NCBI RefSeq assembly: GCF_026571515.1
Contig: NW_026859735.1
Span: 186,001-250,000 of the forward strand
Direction: 5' to 3'
Source: Ruditapes philippinarum
Lineage: Eukaryota
Length of the DNA: 64,000 nucleotides
Each line of letters starts with the position of its first letter. Within the stretch, counting starts at the first letter, position 1. A program made the translations under genes and the position numbers. Below are positions 11,661 through 25,788 of this stretch, piece after piece. The notes beneath the pieces were generated by a model that did no database searches, was not told the DNA's origin, and saw only the letters and a program-made list of their open reading frames with translations.

Positions 11661-12499
11661 TGACTGCACATTTCCAATTTATTTTAACAATTCCAATGCA
11701 GCTAGACTATGACTAAAGGTCCTTTAAGGTTTAGTGGTTTCTTTTTGATGATGTGTAGGTGGTATCATCATCGTAGCCATTAGGACGTAAAACCAACTTT
11801 AGGACCAACTTAAGACCCTTTCAAAAAATGTTTTTACCTTCAGTCTAAGACTGTAGTTTAAAATTAAATTCATTTACCTGATAAAAAAAAATAATTATAG
11901 ACCCTTTTATCCGCAATTTGTTATTGGTCATCTGTGTAGCTATTGAAAAATTAAATGAGTCATAAAATAGGGTTCATAAATTAGGGCATTTTTTAAGCGC
12001 AAATTTGTCTCAATTTTGATCTTCAGACTGATTTCAGACTAAAGACTTTCTATGAAACGCAGTCCAGATTATTCAAATGACACCAATCTATTAATATACC
12101 CCAAAAGTATATATATATATCTTGACGACATGTTTATATCTGAATGTTATTAATCAATGTACGCTGAATGCCTTCTTATTCATTGCCTTTTATGTTGAAT
12201 CAAATTAAACATTTATGTTTGCTTGCTGTGACCATTTGTTTAAATTAAAGACAATACTCGTAACTCTAGTCTTATTCACGAAGAACAAATATCTTCTAAA
12301 ATAGTTAAAGGTGTGGGGAAAATCCCACATGGATCCGGAAACGTTTTATATATATGGGAGAAAAGTAATAAAATATATTTGTATTGCTTGTTTGTTATTA
12401 AAGGCGGTTAAATTCTTTAGATGATGCGGTATGTAATGACCGGTATATTTATTTAGATTTAAGATTGTAATATATTGTAATATGTTTAGAGCTATATAT

Positions 12500-12733
12500 G
12501 AGCCACGCCATGACAAAACCAACATAATGGGTTTGCGACCAGCATAGATCCAACCAGCCTGCGCATCCGCGCAGTCTGATCAGGATCCATGCTGTTCGCT
12601 ATCAGTTTCTCTATTTGTTATAGGGTTTGTAAGCGAACAGCATGGATCCTGATCAGATTGCGCGGATGCGCAGGCTGGTCTGGATCAATGCTGGTCGCAA
12701 ACCCATTATGTTGGTTTTGTCATGGCGCGGCTC
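12500..12733. mobile_element. Palindromic MITE (GAG... termini, 4-bp AWWT flanks; Sola-like)
   Basis: About 100-bp arms GAGCCACGCCATGACAAAACCAACATAATGGGTTTGCG.../...CCCATTATGTTGGTTTTGTCATGGCGCGGCTC with flanks ATAT/AAAT. A second copy lies at 56153. Confidence 0.85.
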
Positions 12734-13079
12734 AAATTATTAAAGTTAACACATAATGAGGAAATCACCAATACCAATTTCATGTTATAATTACCTTTTT
12801 TTCTATTATTTTTAGAAAAGATTGTAAGATATAGTTAAAATAATTAGAAAAAAAACTTTTGACAGGTAGCCATTTCTTGGAGATTCTGTATGTTTAATAC
12901 GATAACGGCTGTATATCTGACAGTCTGCGTATCTGTACAATTTCTCGTGTCAAACTTTTCAGAAAATCCAAAAAGTAAACTTAACGTAAAACTACATCTG
13001 CATTTAAATTAATTTTTATTTAAGTTTCTAATTATTTGAATATTATGCCCCGTTTAGTGTTATTTAAGTTTGTATGTGG

Positions 13080-14110
13080 TTTTCCGTTTAATATATACGC
13101 TGTTCTATTAACCTTCTTAACTTAACTTAACGTGTCTTGTCTTTATTGGCTGTCCTGTTAAGTCTTATCTCGTGTTTCTCTCGTGTTTAGTTCCATTAAG
13201 TCTCTTTTGGTTGTTCCGGTGTGTGTCTTGTTTCCTGATGTATATTCTTGTTAGTTTACGTTTGTGGAATGTTCCGTTAACTCTTTGCTATCTTCCCGTA
13301 AAATCCCTTTTAGTATGTTCCATTAGGAACTTGCTATCATTCTTATCTAGTGGAGTAGCATCGAACTTTAAACCAGTTGATTTACAGGCAGGCAGACAAG
13401 TACCTATCTTTCTGTCCTTTTTGTTATGTACCTTGTTGTCTATATTGTTCTGATCCTTTTTGTTTTCTCTTGTTTGTTTACAGTTAATTGTCTGTTTTGT
13501 AAAGTATACAATCATTCACTGTTTGTGCATGTGTGCTCATTTTGCTCACTTTGTTGTTGTATGTTCCGTTAACGTTATGTGTTTGCTATCTGTTAATGTA
13601 TTCCCTTAGTTCTTCTCTTGTTTCCCGCTTTTGTTCTTGTTTCCTCTTACGTTTAAGTATTTTCTCTTGTCTGTATCGTTGATATCTGGGTTCCATTAAG
13701 TGTCTTGTCGTTTGTTCTATACAGAGTCTTGTAGAATGCTCCGTTAAGTATTTGTCACGCTCCTTTTAGGATGTCTTTTGTTGTCTGTTCCGTTATGTTG
13801 CTATTCCTCGTTCCCGTTAATTGCATCCTGGTCCATGTTTTCCGTTCCGTGCACTACACCGTTAGGTCTTTGTATTTGTTGTTGTATGTTCTGTTCTGTC
13901 TTTTTGATGTCTGTATAATATGTTTTGCGTATTACGTTAGTGCTGCTCTTATCGGTTATCGATGGTAGCCGTCTTTTGTCTGTTGATTGCTGGATTCCAT
14001 TAGGCGTCTTGTCGTCTGTTCAATTCAGTGTCTTGTAGAATGCTCCGTTAAATTATTTGTTGTTATATGCAGGGTGACGTTCCTTTTTGTATGTCTGTTC
14101 CGTATATTAT
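13080..14110. repeat. Degenerate T-rich cryptic repeat region
   Basis: Recurrent GTTCCGTTA/GTTCCATTA motifs, and a ~65-bp block repeated at about 13690 and 13995. Confidence 0.5.
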
Positions 14111-16137
14111 CATATTTGTATACCGGGTGTCGCTTTAAACATCAAATAAACACGTTTTCTCAGATGTCAAAGTAAGAAAAGGACCGTACTCAATTGAAAA
14201 GTGCGTTACGTCAAGTTAAACTCTTAAAATATACAAAAATGGTATCGGACCCACTGCACTGCGTTGCAATCAAATTCACCGCCGTCTGCGACGAAAACAT
14301 TTTTTGTCATTTATTTTATAAACAGGCAATAATAATTTCCCAATTTTCCAACTTATGGTTAATTTGTTAAAGTATCATTCATTCGATGTGATGCCGATGT
14401 ATTAAGGGGTCGTTTTACACATATTTGTATGTGTTTTAACCAAAATTAGGCAAAAGTGGCGTCCCCTCATCAAACTCTACAGAAGTGTTTGCATAAACGG
14501 CAATGAATTGCACCGTGTGCGTGTATTAGGTTGAAAGAGTACATATGTGGGCTCCAGTCTCACTAAGTGTTTCAAGTAAAACATTAAAACATAAAACAAA
14601 ATTCAGTCATATACTGATCGACATCAGCAAACGGCCAAGTTTTATCCACCGCTTCTGCGACGAATACTCCACCGCCGCTGCGATGGACCCACCGCTTTTG
14701 CGAAAGCTATGGCCAGTGTGATAATGAAACGTTTTAAGTTCCATGAGAAACTTGTCATTGAATTTAATTTGATGATATGATCGTTAACACTGCAATATAG
14801 ATCAAAGCGCTGAAAGCACTGAATGCGACGGCTTAACTTGGGCCATTATAACACAAATTAAACAAATGAATAAATGCGACAAGTCATTGCGCCATATTTA
14901 ATAAGTGTCTTGTATATCTCTGAAGATATGTAAAGGCCCCTTGAATGTGTTATATTTTATGCTGTAATGTTAGCACATAACTAACCTTTTTATATACAAA
15001 TTTGCATTTTAACCGCAAATTCTGTTTAACATGAATATTTACATTGTACAACTTTATGATCTAATACTTTCCATTTACAGTTATTTGAATACTTTGCTCG
15101 TTGACATGCTGCTAGTTTTTAAAAGAAATGGCGCGTTATAAGATTTACTTAACATAATTAAAAATAAAAATAACTCATTTGGTATCTATTACCAATACCC
15201 GGGCACTGTGTGTGATAAATACGATCCCGGCTTTTCTGAAAGCGATATGGTAGTGGTCAATTCCCAAGATCGCTATTTACTTATCTAATTCGAATCTGGC
15301 TATACACCTTATTTATGATAATTTTTATCAAAGATCTTTATATCTCAATGTGGAACGCACAGTATCGTAATAAATCATTAGGGATATGGATCATCTGTTC
15401 TATTGATGGCCTTTGTTGCCATTTAATAAATGAATGTAGAAATACCCGTATATTGACAATAACCTTAAACTTAAACAGTGTGCATATGGTTGACAAGTGA
15501 AATCATACTGACGATCTATATTTAAGAAGGAAAACCAAATAGAATTGTTTCCTGTCCATGCCCACAATTCCTTAAGCTCTTGGTGTTGATCGATTTGTGC
15601 CACCTTGATGGTAATATTATCAGAGATTTAACGTCACCGAATGAATCTAAAGTAAATATTTGATAATTTACATATTCCTATTTCTTTATTCTTTTTCACA
15701 TTTTTAAAGTTATTTTTCGTCCCTTCTTTTGATTTAATTCTCGTAACGAACACGTGGTAACACGACGGCGTGCGTATTATTAACTTTTTTCGTCAGTATA
15801 TACAAACATAGATTTCAGGTGAAAACACATCTGCAATAAATATTCAAATTAATTTAGAATAACTATAACAGTTACGAAAAAGCTTATTTAGGGATTTAAA
15901 GTGATTTATAGATCTTTAACTACACGAAAGACATTTTACCGACTCACCAAACCGTAAACTTACTTTATCGCTGATACAGATTTTATGTGTATGACGTCAT
16001 ATTTTTCGCTCCATGTAATACAAAGCACAATCACGCGGTGTTTATTTATATTTGAATGTATGTATTTTGTGACACGGTGCATTTTGTACACGTCTTATAT
16101 GAGTAAACTATTTATCTATCACAATGAAACCGTCAAC

Positions 16138-16620
16138 AACAAGAACCGGGTGAAAGAAGAAACGGGTGATGCTCCCCGAAAAGGTTTGAAAACAGGAAGT
16201 ATACCTCTTGTAGTGTCAGAGTTGTCACAAAATTAAAAGTGTAAAAATGAACAAAGGGCAATAACTCCAAAATTAAGCAAGGCAGATTTAAGGCTCTTTT
16301 GCACTGCACTTTTATCTAATGAGATCAATCTACCTACAAAGTTTCATGTTGATATCTCTTATAGTTTTAGATTAATGTCCCGGGGAGTGTTCAAAGTGCA
16401 AAATGAACAAAGGACAATAACTCCAAAATTAGGCAAGACAGAGTTATGGTTCTTTTGCATTGCAATGCACTTTTACTCAATGAGATCTATCTTCCTACAA
16501 AGTTTCATGTTGAAACCTCTTGTTGTTTTAAAGTTAAGTCCGGACAAGAATAGCGGACGGACGGACAGACGGACGGGCGGACAAAGCGGCGACTATATGC
16601 TCACCCTTCGAGGAGCATAA
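16138..16620 (-). mobile_element. Non-autonomous Helentron (HINE/pearl-like)
   Basis: AACAAG end, subterminal inverted repeat ATGCTCC/GGAGCAT, an (ACGG)n microsatellite at about 16555-16583, and two ~160-bp internal tandem units. Confidence 0.75.
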
Positions 16621-17239
16621 TAAAACAGACAACACACAAACATAGGATTACATTTCGCAGTTTTGATGGCTAAAATGACCACCCTTTTAAATGCGTTGAC
16701 TTCTTACGATATTAATCTCGGTTATTTATCTAATCAAAATACTGTTATTGCTGTTGGAATGGACACAAAATTAAGCAAATTTAATGTAAAATTTCTACCA
16801 GTTCGCTTGCAAGAACTGTCCATTGACAACGACTTTTATTTTATATTTAGAAAGTTTATCCTTTAATGACATGGAACGTTGGTTGGATAATATCTGCCAG
16901 AAATGTATAATGTGAACGAACTAAAGGTTACTGTTTAAAGTTTTAAATTTTATCTTAAAATTGTTAAAAACCTAGATTCATAACAGTCACAAAATTATCC
17001 ATTTCAAATTATCTATTTCAAATTTCTCAAATATCGACATTTGTTCGTGCACCTGACTCGAGTTACAGTCGACGTAAATTGAATAAATCTAAAGATATAA
17101 AAGTAAAATAAACATATTTTACATATTAACAATTATGTTTTAAGAAATTGAAAGTAAAAAATTACCTGTTGACGATATTTCGGATAAGTTTACAAGTTTT
17201 TGTCAATGGGCATTTGGCCTTTTATAGTTAAGGTTCGTA

Positions 17240-18046
17240 GGTTCAAGCCTTTCGAAGAAAAAAAGGGGATACAGAAATAGGCTCCGTCTGTCCGTCCGTC
17301 ATTCTTTCGTGTCCGGTCCATGACTATGTGATTTATCAAAGGAAGTTGAAATAACTTTGCACACATGTTTGTTACAATAAGATAATGTGCCATGCGCAAA
17401 CCTGGACCTCTACCTCCAAGATGGAGGTTACACTTGATTTATGGTCAACTTTGTCTTTTTGAGTGTATATCTCGTGTCAGGTCCATATCTTTCTTTTTCA
17501 TGAATGGATTTTGAAAATACCCGGCACATATGTTCACCATAAAAAAACGATGTTACACTCGCAACAACCAGTCACCTACCTTCAAGGTCAAGGTCACACT
17601 TTGAGATCATAGAACAAAGTCTGATATAAAATATATTTTGTGTCAGGTCCATAACTTTTTCAATGATCAAGGGATTTTGAAATTACTTCGCACAAATGTT
17701 GACAATAATAAGATGTGTCATGCATAACATCCGGATCCCCACCTCCAAGGTCAACGTCAAACTTAGAGGTCAAAGCTTAACGTGGTTTTTATAGGGTACT
17801 TTCCGGATACTTTTCTAACAGCCCTCGTACTTTGTGTCCAGTACATAATTTTTTTATTGTTAGAAAAATTTAAAAAATACTTGGCACAAATGTTCACAAT
17901 AATGGGACCATGTGTCATACGCAACACCCGGACCCCTACCTTTAATGTTAAGGTCACACTTGCATTCAAAACCTAATATGGAATGTTCTAGGGTAAAACT
18001 TCCCTTAGGCGGGCGACGTTGGTATCTCTGTTACAAATTCTTGTTA
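17240..18046 (+). mobile_element. Non-autonomous Helentron (HINE/pearl-like), degenerate
   Basis: 5' TTCGAAGAAAA..GGG followed by a (TCCG)n microsatellite, about four ~170-180 bp units containing CAAGGTCAAGGTCACACTT, and a 3' end TTCTTGTT. Confidence 0.7.
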
Positions 18047-18315
18047 ATATAGTTTTAGCGCATCGAGTTGTTTAAGTCGTTTATTTAAGTACATATATGA
18101 CAACATAATGATTTGCTTTACATTAGATAAACAAACAACATGGTGTTTAAAATCATTTTATTGCCTTATTTTGAACACTGTAAATTCACTAATCAATAAG
18201 TATTTTTTAAATTTTAGATCGTTTTGATCAGCATCCTCTTGCATGTGGTTGTTGTACTTTCTTAATTTTAAGATTAAATAGTTTAATGCAGATAGGGTTT
18301 AACGTGTCTCGTTTA

Positions 18316-20256
18316 TTAGGATTTCGTTAGTTTGTACATGTAAACATTATTATTACCGACACAAGTTATAAGAAATAATCGTCTCCCTAATTGATAACAC
18401 ACTGCCTGCGGTGCCGTTACATCTTCATCTGTCAATATGATGCTAAGTTGTTTGCCGTCTGCTGACACCTGATGTACATTGTTCGAACTTGTTCCGCAGA
18501 CGAAAAACCGTCCAGAGTCGTCAACCGCTAGGCCACGCGCATTTTCTAGATTCTTATCAGTGTATTCAAACAAGATATTTCCTTTTATATCAAAATTCAC
18601 CAGACGACCTTTGTCTGTCACACAAAACTGTTGCCCATCTACACTCGTTGCAATATTCCAGGGATTCTTTAGAAGAACCTTTCCGGATGTATTCATTTTA
18701 AGAGTTTTTAAAACTTTTCCTTCAAAATCAATAAATTCTATTGCTTTTGTCGAGAACCCGTCATCACACAGCACAACTAGTTCTTGACTGTGGCAAGTTA
18801 TACCATAGCAAGGTAAGCTTGTTAGAATAGACCTTGTTGTCTGCAGCTTTTTCCCCGTAGACACAAATTGTATTTTACTTTCATCTGGAAGTGACACTGC
18901 CACCTCTTGAGGACTGATGACTGTCACATCACGTGGTTCCAATGACAATTGTATTGTACATGGTTGAGTAAATTTTGTATCGAACACTTTTAATTTGCTA
19001 TTTTTCATATCAACAATAGCAATTCTACCATCTTTAAGAAAGGTTGCCCCCACATTTTCACAAGTGAATTTATCTTCTGCCAAACGGACATTGAATTTCC
19101 CAACAAAAGTTGCTGGGCTTTCCAAAGAGCTACAAGATCCGTTCCGAGCATCTCGCGTTGATCTTGGAGATCTCAATTCTGATTTGGGTATTTTAGAAAC
19201 CGCCGATATAACTGCCTCTGGAAACTGCATCGCTTCTGAACTGAAGTGAACACTACCTATTTTTCTAAGATCTTCGACACTTTCGACATTTCTTTCTGGA
19301 ATTAGGTCTATGCTAATGTCTTTTGACCGTTTAATAGCTTCCGACAACGCCAGACCATATTTCTCTCTTTGTAAAAGGATTTTCTGTGTTGCAATAAATG
19401 TATCTTCGGTTGAACTTGTCTTTGTTACTTTTTCCAACATCTCCTTGTTTGCTTCAGCTTCTTTTATCACTGCTCTACAATTTTCTAGCGTCGCTTCTAT
19501 TTCATCCTCCGACGTTTTAATAAACTTCTTGATACGTTTTTCACTTTTTCTTTCAAACTCATCAAGAAGATGTAACAAATGGGAACGAAGTTCGTCTCTT
19601 CTTTTCCTAAAATCAAGAACTTGACCGTTCAGTTTCTGTCTTGCACTTTCATTATTATCTAAGATGTATCGAAAACTTTTACTAATTGCATCTAAAGCAA
19701 CAGTGGTCTCTTCATGAATTCTACTGCTCCAACCATTGTGGATCTCATCTTTTATATACATTATTCTTTGGCAATTTCTGTGAAGTACATTGACACAAAC
19801 AGTACAACACACCTCTTGGTGATCTTCACAGAAATATTTTAACTTTTTATGTCCGTGTATTGTGCAAGCTCGATTATTTAAAGTATGTGCCAATGACATG
19901 CTAGAGGATGACCCCATTCTTGAAAAACTTTTAAAAAGTTTCCTTTTATCAGTTTTTTCCTCATAGTTTGTTTTCATATCCTGACCAGTTTTTAAACGAG
20001 CATCTTGTCTAATATCTGCAACACTTGCTTTTTTATCAATATCCGGTTTTAATTCTGTTACAAGTTCTCCGCACATGACGCAATACGACGCATGAAGTGT
20101 TTTCTCCCTTGGTTTATCCTTCTTTACATTGATATCCTGTGTAATATCAACAACCACGTGGTTGCAGCTAAACGGTTGAATCCAATCATCTGTCAGTTTA
20201 TCCTGCAGTTTCAGTGGTTCAGCCCTCAGAGCAGTTTTATTCTCTGATACTTCCAT
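18316..20256 (-). CDS. TRIM-like protein A: degenerate B-box1, B-box2, coiled coil, NHL-type beta-propeller; no RING; single coding exon (646 aa)
   Basis: B-box2 CTIHGHKKLKYFCEDHQEVCCTVCVNVLHRNC, a heptad-rich middle region, and C-terminal blades (DGRIAIVD..N.KLKVFD, PRDVTV, PCYGI, ARGLAVD..G.FFVCG..SNNVHQ). It aligns co-linearly with the gene at 27873. Confidence 0.9.
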   Translation of the reverse strand: MEVSENKTALRAEPLKLQDKLTDDWIQPFSCNHVVVDITQDINVKKDKPREKTLHASYCVMCGELVTELKPDIDKKASVADIRQDARLKTGQDMKTNYEEKTDKRKLFKSFSRMGSSSSMSLAHTLNNRACTIHGHKKLKYFCEDHQEVCCTVCVNVLHRNCQRIMYIKDEIHNGWSSRIHEETTVALDAISKSFRYILDNNESARQKLNGQVLDFRKRRDELRSHLLHLLDEFERKSEKRIKKFIKTSEDEIEATLENCRAVIKEAEANKEMLEKVTKTSSTEDTFIATQKILLQREKYGLALSEAIKRSKDISIDLIPERNVESVEDLRKIGSVHFSSEAMQFPEAVISAVSKIPKSELRSPRSTRDARNGSCSSLESPATFVGKFNVRLAEDKFTCENVGATFLKDGRIAIVDMKNSKLKVFDTKFTQPCTIQLSLEPRDVTVISPQEVAVSLPDESKIQFVSTGKKLQTTRSILTSLPCYGITCHSQELVVLCDDGFSTKAIEFIDFEGKVLKTLKMNTSGKVLLKNPWNIATSVDGQQFCVTDKGRLVNFDIKGNILFEYTDKNLENARGLAVDDSGRFFVCGTSSNNVHQVSADGKQLSIILTDEDVTAPQAVCYQLGRRLFLITCVGNNNVYMYKLTKS

Positions 20257-23200
20257 GGTATTGACCTTTCTGTCTGGATACCTTTAAATTCCGTTTCCTC
20301 TATAGTTTCTTTTTACTAAAATGAGAAATAAAAACAGACACTTTTTAGATATAGTCTTATCTATTTTTCTTTAATTTTCAAAAAAAAAATAATATGTAAT
20401 GTATCTTTTATATTGGAAAACAATGTTAAACAGGGTGCACAGAAAGCAGTTTGAAACCGTCTGTTAACAGTTTTTTAAGAATTAATGAAACCTCTGGAAC
20501 TCGATATCTGCATGGACCGTGGATTACAGTGCATTTTTCCTGATAATGTTAGGGGTTTTTATTTGTAGTTTCTTTCCAGTCTTCATTAATTTTCCCATGC
20601 AAGTCTTTGGCATTTAGGGGTAAACGTTCGGATGAATTTGAGATTTAATCATCAACATTCAGCTTGCTGGACACAAATGAATCAAACCATGTGACCAAAT
20701 GCATTCCTCCGTCTTATCATGGTCTGCATTGTTGTCTATTCAGTCTTTCCCTTACATGTTGAATTGTTTTGTCAAGATTGAAGACGGATTAATATCAATA
20801 ATTTATCAACAAGATTATTGCAAAGCTGGTTACCGCGTGAGTTTTAAAGTGTTACAGTTTATTATTGCAATCGCATAAAGATACCCCTTATAAATATCAT
20901 TGAGAAGCATCGGGCAAACAAAATAATATGGGTATTGAATTTTGATAAAATTGTTATTATTGCAAAAGGTAGTACATATCGGATGGCAGACGATCAATAT
21001 GACGGATTGTTCAAATGCAAGCTCTGCATGATATTAAAGCAAACATCATGATACCGTTCGTCTGCTAAATACAAGGCAGTACATAACCGCTTACTTTATT
21101 TAATAGAGAATACGTCTTTCGTTTTAAGAAATATGTAATAAAGGAATGTATCTAATAATGGAGTAAAATTATTTCTAAAATAGTTTCAAAAACTCTTAGC
21201 CTCTCCAACAATCCCCCCACACCCTAAAAAAGAACGGTTTAAAATCTAAGCACCTGACAAAAACACTGACATGAGATGAGTCACCTTTAGTTTATGTTAA
21301 TTCAATTACCTCCGTACATTTTATTCCATAATAAAAGCCAAAGAAATCTATAAAAGCATTTAACTACACCTTAACGTTCGCACCGCGAAAGAATGTGGAA
21401 ATAATCCAATTAAAAAGTTCTATTGACTTCTAGTATTTGACCTCTATATTTTGATACACATGTGTTATTTAAATTTCAGCTTTTCAAGTCATTTCGAAAC
21501 TTTTTATTGACATAACGTCAATTAGGTTGTTTTCCAGCTTTACTTATTAAAGAACTTCCCAGCTCCTCCCCCTTGCCGGACCCCTCCGTTCTTTATGTAT
21601 GATAGGCACATGTGTGTTACCCTACGTTGGCTTGCTAGATATTACTTAAGAATATGTACCCAAAGTAACTTGAAATCATTCGAGTGAATGTCATCCGATT
21701 GAATTTAAAAGACATATTATATGTTTTACCTTAACGCTAAAATATAAATAACTTGTGCTATATAAATATGCGAATAGATCTTGATTTAAAAAGTATAATA
21801 TCATAAGAAAGTTTAAAATTGACTTACCACTGTATGTTTTCCTACACAACGCGGTTTAAAAGTTATGTTTGAACTGTTTGTATACAAAACGTCAGTCAGT
21901 CTTATGGGTAGGCGCTTAACCGTGTAAAATCTTTAAATTTAATACCTTTATACATTTACAATATCCAACAATAAATACATTTTAGTTAAAGTTAAAGACT
22001 ACTACATTGTAAATCTCAATATTGCCCGTGCCATTCACGGACAGAAAATACCAATAATAATGTTAAGAATAACGTCCAAATACCCGTGTTATATTTGCTT
22101 TAAGACAATCTTGTTCAGAGCTTGTTTTAGTTTTTTCTGTTAACGTCGACTTAACTGTTCTATAGCTTTTTTTTAATTCTTTTTCGTATTTATTATACAA
22201 AGATCGTGAGATTAAAGGGAAGATTTTCAGTGTTTATTTTGTGTTTTATGACAGATTAAGATAACCTTTAAACAATGTACCCGCAATATTTTACCGTACA
22301 GTATCGTTCTGTACGATCGTTTTTATTGAATTTTATTACTTTACCTTAACATGCAATCGGCCGGGTAATATTTGTTTTGCACATACATAGGTGACACGTT
22401 TGAAGTACATCTAATAAATGTTTATGAGCCAAAATATAACAAAATGCAAATAAATAACAACCTGCCACTCTTACATACTAACAATCGCATATTCTCCGAT
22501 TTAGATACTATCAAACTCATACATCTGGGGGTTCTTTTTTTTAACCAATCTTGTCTAACTTTTCATTTTCATGTTATCGAGTCAAGCTTATTTTATCGGA
22601 TATTTCAAACAAAAGAACCTATCTTAAACAAATGTTGCCCCTGCATCCCCCTTACTCCGGGCGGTGCGGGGCTGCGGGGAAAGCAAGTAAAGGAGCCAAG
22701 TTTTATCCTGCGTCCTATCTCATTCTGCCATGTCAAATTGTGATTTTGTTCTGTCACCAAAATAGCGGGGGACATGTCTAACTCACAACATAGGATATTT
22801 AGGGATTTTATAGTCTTTTTTCGAGGATTTGATGACCCGAAAGTCAATCTCCCATCTATTTCCCGCAACTGAATAACTCATTTGTGTTTAAAATCACTAA
22901 TGCTAGAGCAATGTTATCATATTTTAACATTAAAACAAATGGTTTAAAAAAATTAAAGAACATATTCATTTTGGAATGTTAATCTGGATCATATTATTAA
23001 TTGAAAAATGCAACATGCAATATAAGTGATTCTTTTCTTTTAGAAAATAATGACGCGGACTGTGAATAAAATAAATAATATTTTTTTATACATAAGAATT
23101 CTATAGTTGTTTTTCCTTCAAGTTTCCGCAGAATTTAGTTCACAAAAGTTAATAAATACTCAAATCGTTGACATCAAGTACTTTAGAGATTTATGATTCA

Positions 23201-25651
23201 GAGGATAAAGTAGGATGATACGTTGACATCATGCACTTTAAGGGAGTGATGTATGTTTCAATGGATAAAATAGGATGAGAAAGTTTAGTACACGTAGGTC
23301 ACTTTTTAAGAGAGACACAAAAAAGAACGGTGCAAATAGTTTAAATTTAACTAAACACAGAATAGAACAAACGCAATATCCGTCAAGACAATAATTAGTT
23401 ACACATTGTAATAGAATACGTTCATTTGTAATCAAAAATATTTTTTCGAGGTTTATGTATCACCTAAAGAGAAGTTTGACAAATAATGTGTGTGCAAAAT
23501 TTAAGATATTTCACACATGTTGTGTGTGTATGCGTGCGTGCGTGTGTGGGTGCGTGCGTGTTTTTTTTTGTTTTTTTTTTCAGAATAATTATATCAGTTG
23601 TGAAAAAGTGAACGACCCTATACGTAACTATTATAAGCAGAATTCATTAAGAAGCTAGTCCTACGTTTAAATAGCCCAATATTGTAAATATTCTAATTAG
23701 TGTACAAACGCATTATTCATTCACCCCTACTTATAAAGAATTCAATATTTTAACAATTGAATGCACACACTATTCATTAAACAGCACACCCAACATTTAC
23801 AAAACACAATAATGTAACAATTAAATATACTGGTAAATGTATTATAGAACAAACTCTGCGTTTATAAATATAGTCAAATATAATACTGATACAATTGTAT
23901 CTACGAATTATTCCTTCAAAAGGAAGATTTGTATTTAAAACTTTTAATATTTTAACGCACTTTCAATTTTGAGTATTTCCTACTTAAAGATAGTCCAATA
24001 AAGTAATGTATCAACTGAATTTAATCAATATACATTTAATAAAAACAATATGCCTCTGAAACGATTTTGTTTCTCCTTGAGAAAAGGCAAACATGGGATT
24101 TATAACGTTTAAATAATGGTTTCTGAGCATATTATATGATTATCACCTGAAGAAAAAGTAGCACTGAATATGTTTTATTTGTTTTAAAAATAGCAAAATG
24201 TCAACAAAGTGGTATTTTGACTTACATACAAAATACTAAATCAGTATAGCTACTAAATGCCGGAAAGCAAAAGAAGTAAAAATGGTTCAGGTAAATGACC
24301 AAATGAGAAACATTTTAGAAACTATAGCAGGACACCAGAAATATAAAAAAAGCTTTTTAGAAACAAAAGTAAAAGCATTACTGTGGCATAATGGGTCTTT
24401 TAATGAAAATCAAGTCCTAATATAGACCAATAGTGTAACAATTGAATGTTCGAGTTATTCAATTCAGAGAAAGCCCCTACGTTTAAAAAGTCTAACATTG
24501 TATCAAGCAAATCAAGCAAATAATAATTATATTCAATTAATATACATGTATGACCGTTGGAAATAAGCTTTCGAGCATAATGGGCTATCCTTGTAACCAA
24601 TTAATTTTTAATTTAATAAAAAAAATAGGTTATGGCTTTTTTGGTTTCGCCCATCGGCTTTTATGGTCTCGCCATTACTGTGATCAATGCTTCACTCAAA
24701 ATTAACAAATTTATTTCTAAACTGCATGCATAAGAGCCATTTAGGTGACCATCTTTGTAGCCATTTTGGTGGCCATCTTGGATTTGTCAAAATGTTCGTA
24801 CCATGATTTAACATGTCTACCCATGTATACTTCAAATATGTTGCTTTATATTGATACAACATTTATCCATGGACACTTTGGCACACACAAAAGGTCCCCA
24901 GTGACTGTACTACATGTATTTCAAATCCTATATCGGATGTATTTATAGTTTAACAAGTATTTTGTTCAAGATTTATCTGGAATGATTGATAGGATTTATC
25001 TTATACAAAATATAAAGTATAAAGTGGGCTTAGGGCGATGATGGTTATTTTACATGTGTTGGAAGGCTTTTTAAATCAAATATTGAATGTGTATTTCTGG
25101 TACAGAAAGTTCGTCTAGGTATTTCTAAGGCAACAAATATGGAAGTGAATATCGTTTACGACAAAAAAGTTGAAAATAATCTTATTTGCATTGATGTTTG
25201 GAATTGATATTGTTCCTTTCAGCGGAAACCTGGTATGGTTTAATTCAAATTTCAGAATTGCAAGAAATCGTTGAATTTAAACATGTATTTTAGAAATGCA
25301 AGTAGCAAAGTTCTTTTTAGTTTTCACGATTTCCGAAGAACATTTGATATCAATTCAAATTTTTATCTATACGAAGGAACAACACATACCTTTGAATGAG
25401 TCGAACGTAAAACAGAGTGATACTTAATTGGAAAAAAAAAACAACAACAAAAACACTTGCCAATAACAAATGGCCCATTCAAATGTTAATCGAATGCGGT
25501 AAATGAGGTCGTGCAATACAAGATTTTGGAAACTGAAAACCGTTAAACAAAGTCATGTATAAAATATAAAATGGCAAAGCAAAATGGTTTCACTTATAGT
25601 TAAACAGAAATGGTATCGAACATATGAATATACGGACGATTCATTAAATAG

Positions 25652-25788
25652 TAAGCCCTATGATTATATGGTCCAATATGTAACAAATAGATATATTTTA
25701 CAGCAAGCCTTATGATTATATGACCGAATATGTAACAAATAGATATATTTTACAGCAAGCCCTATGATTATATGGTCCAATAGCAAGT
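25652..25788. repeat. Tandem repeat, ~52-bp unit, about 2.5 copies
   Basis: AAGCCCTATGATTATATGGTCCAATATGTAACAAATAGATATATTTTACAGC is repeated. Confidence 0.8.

Noticed and set aside
14250-14720. Element with CCACCGC..CTGCGA sub-repeats ending in CAGTG
   Set aside because: It is probably a transposon remnant, but the left TIR and TSD could not be established.
24730-24915. Possible DNA transposon end (GGCCATCTTGGATT ... CAGTGACTGTACTA)
   Set aside because: No matching second terminus or TSD was found.
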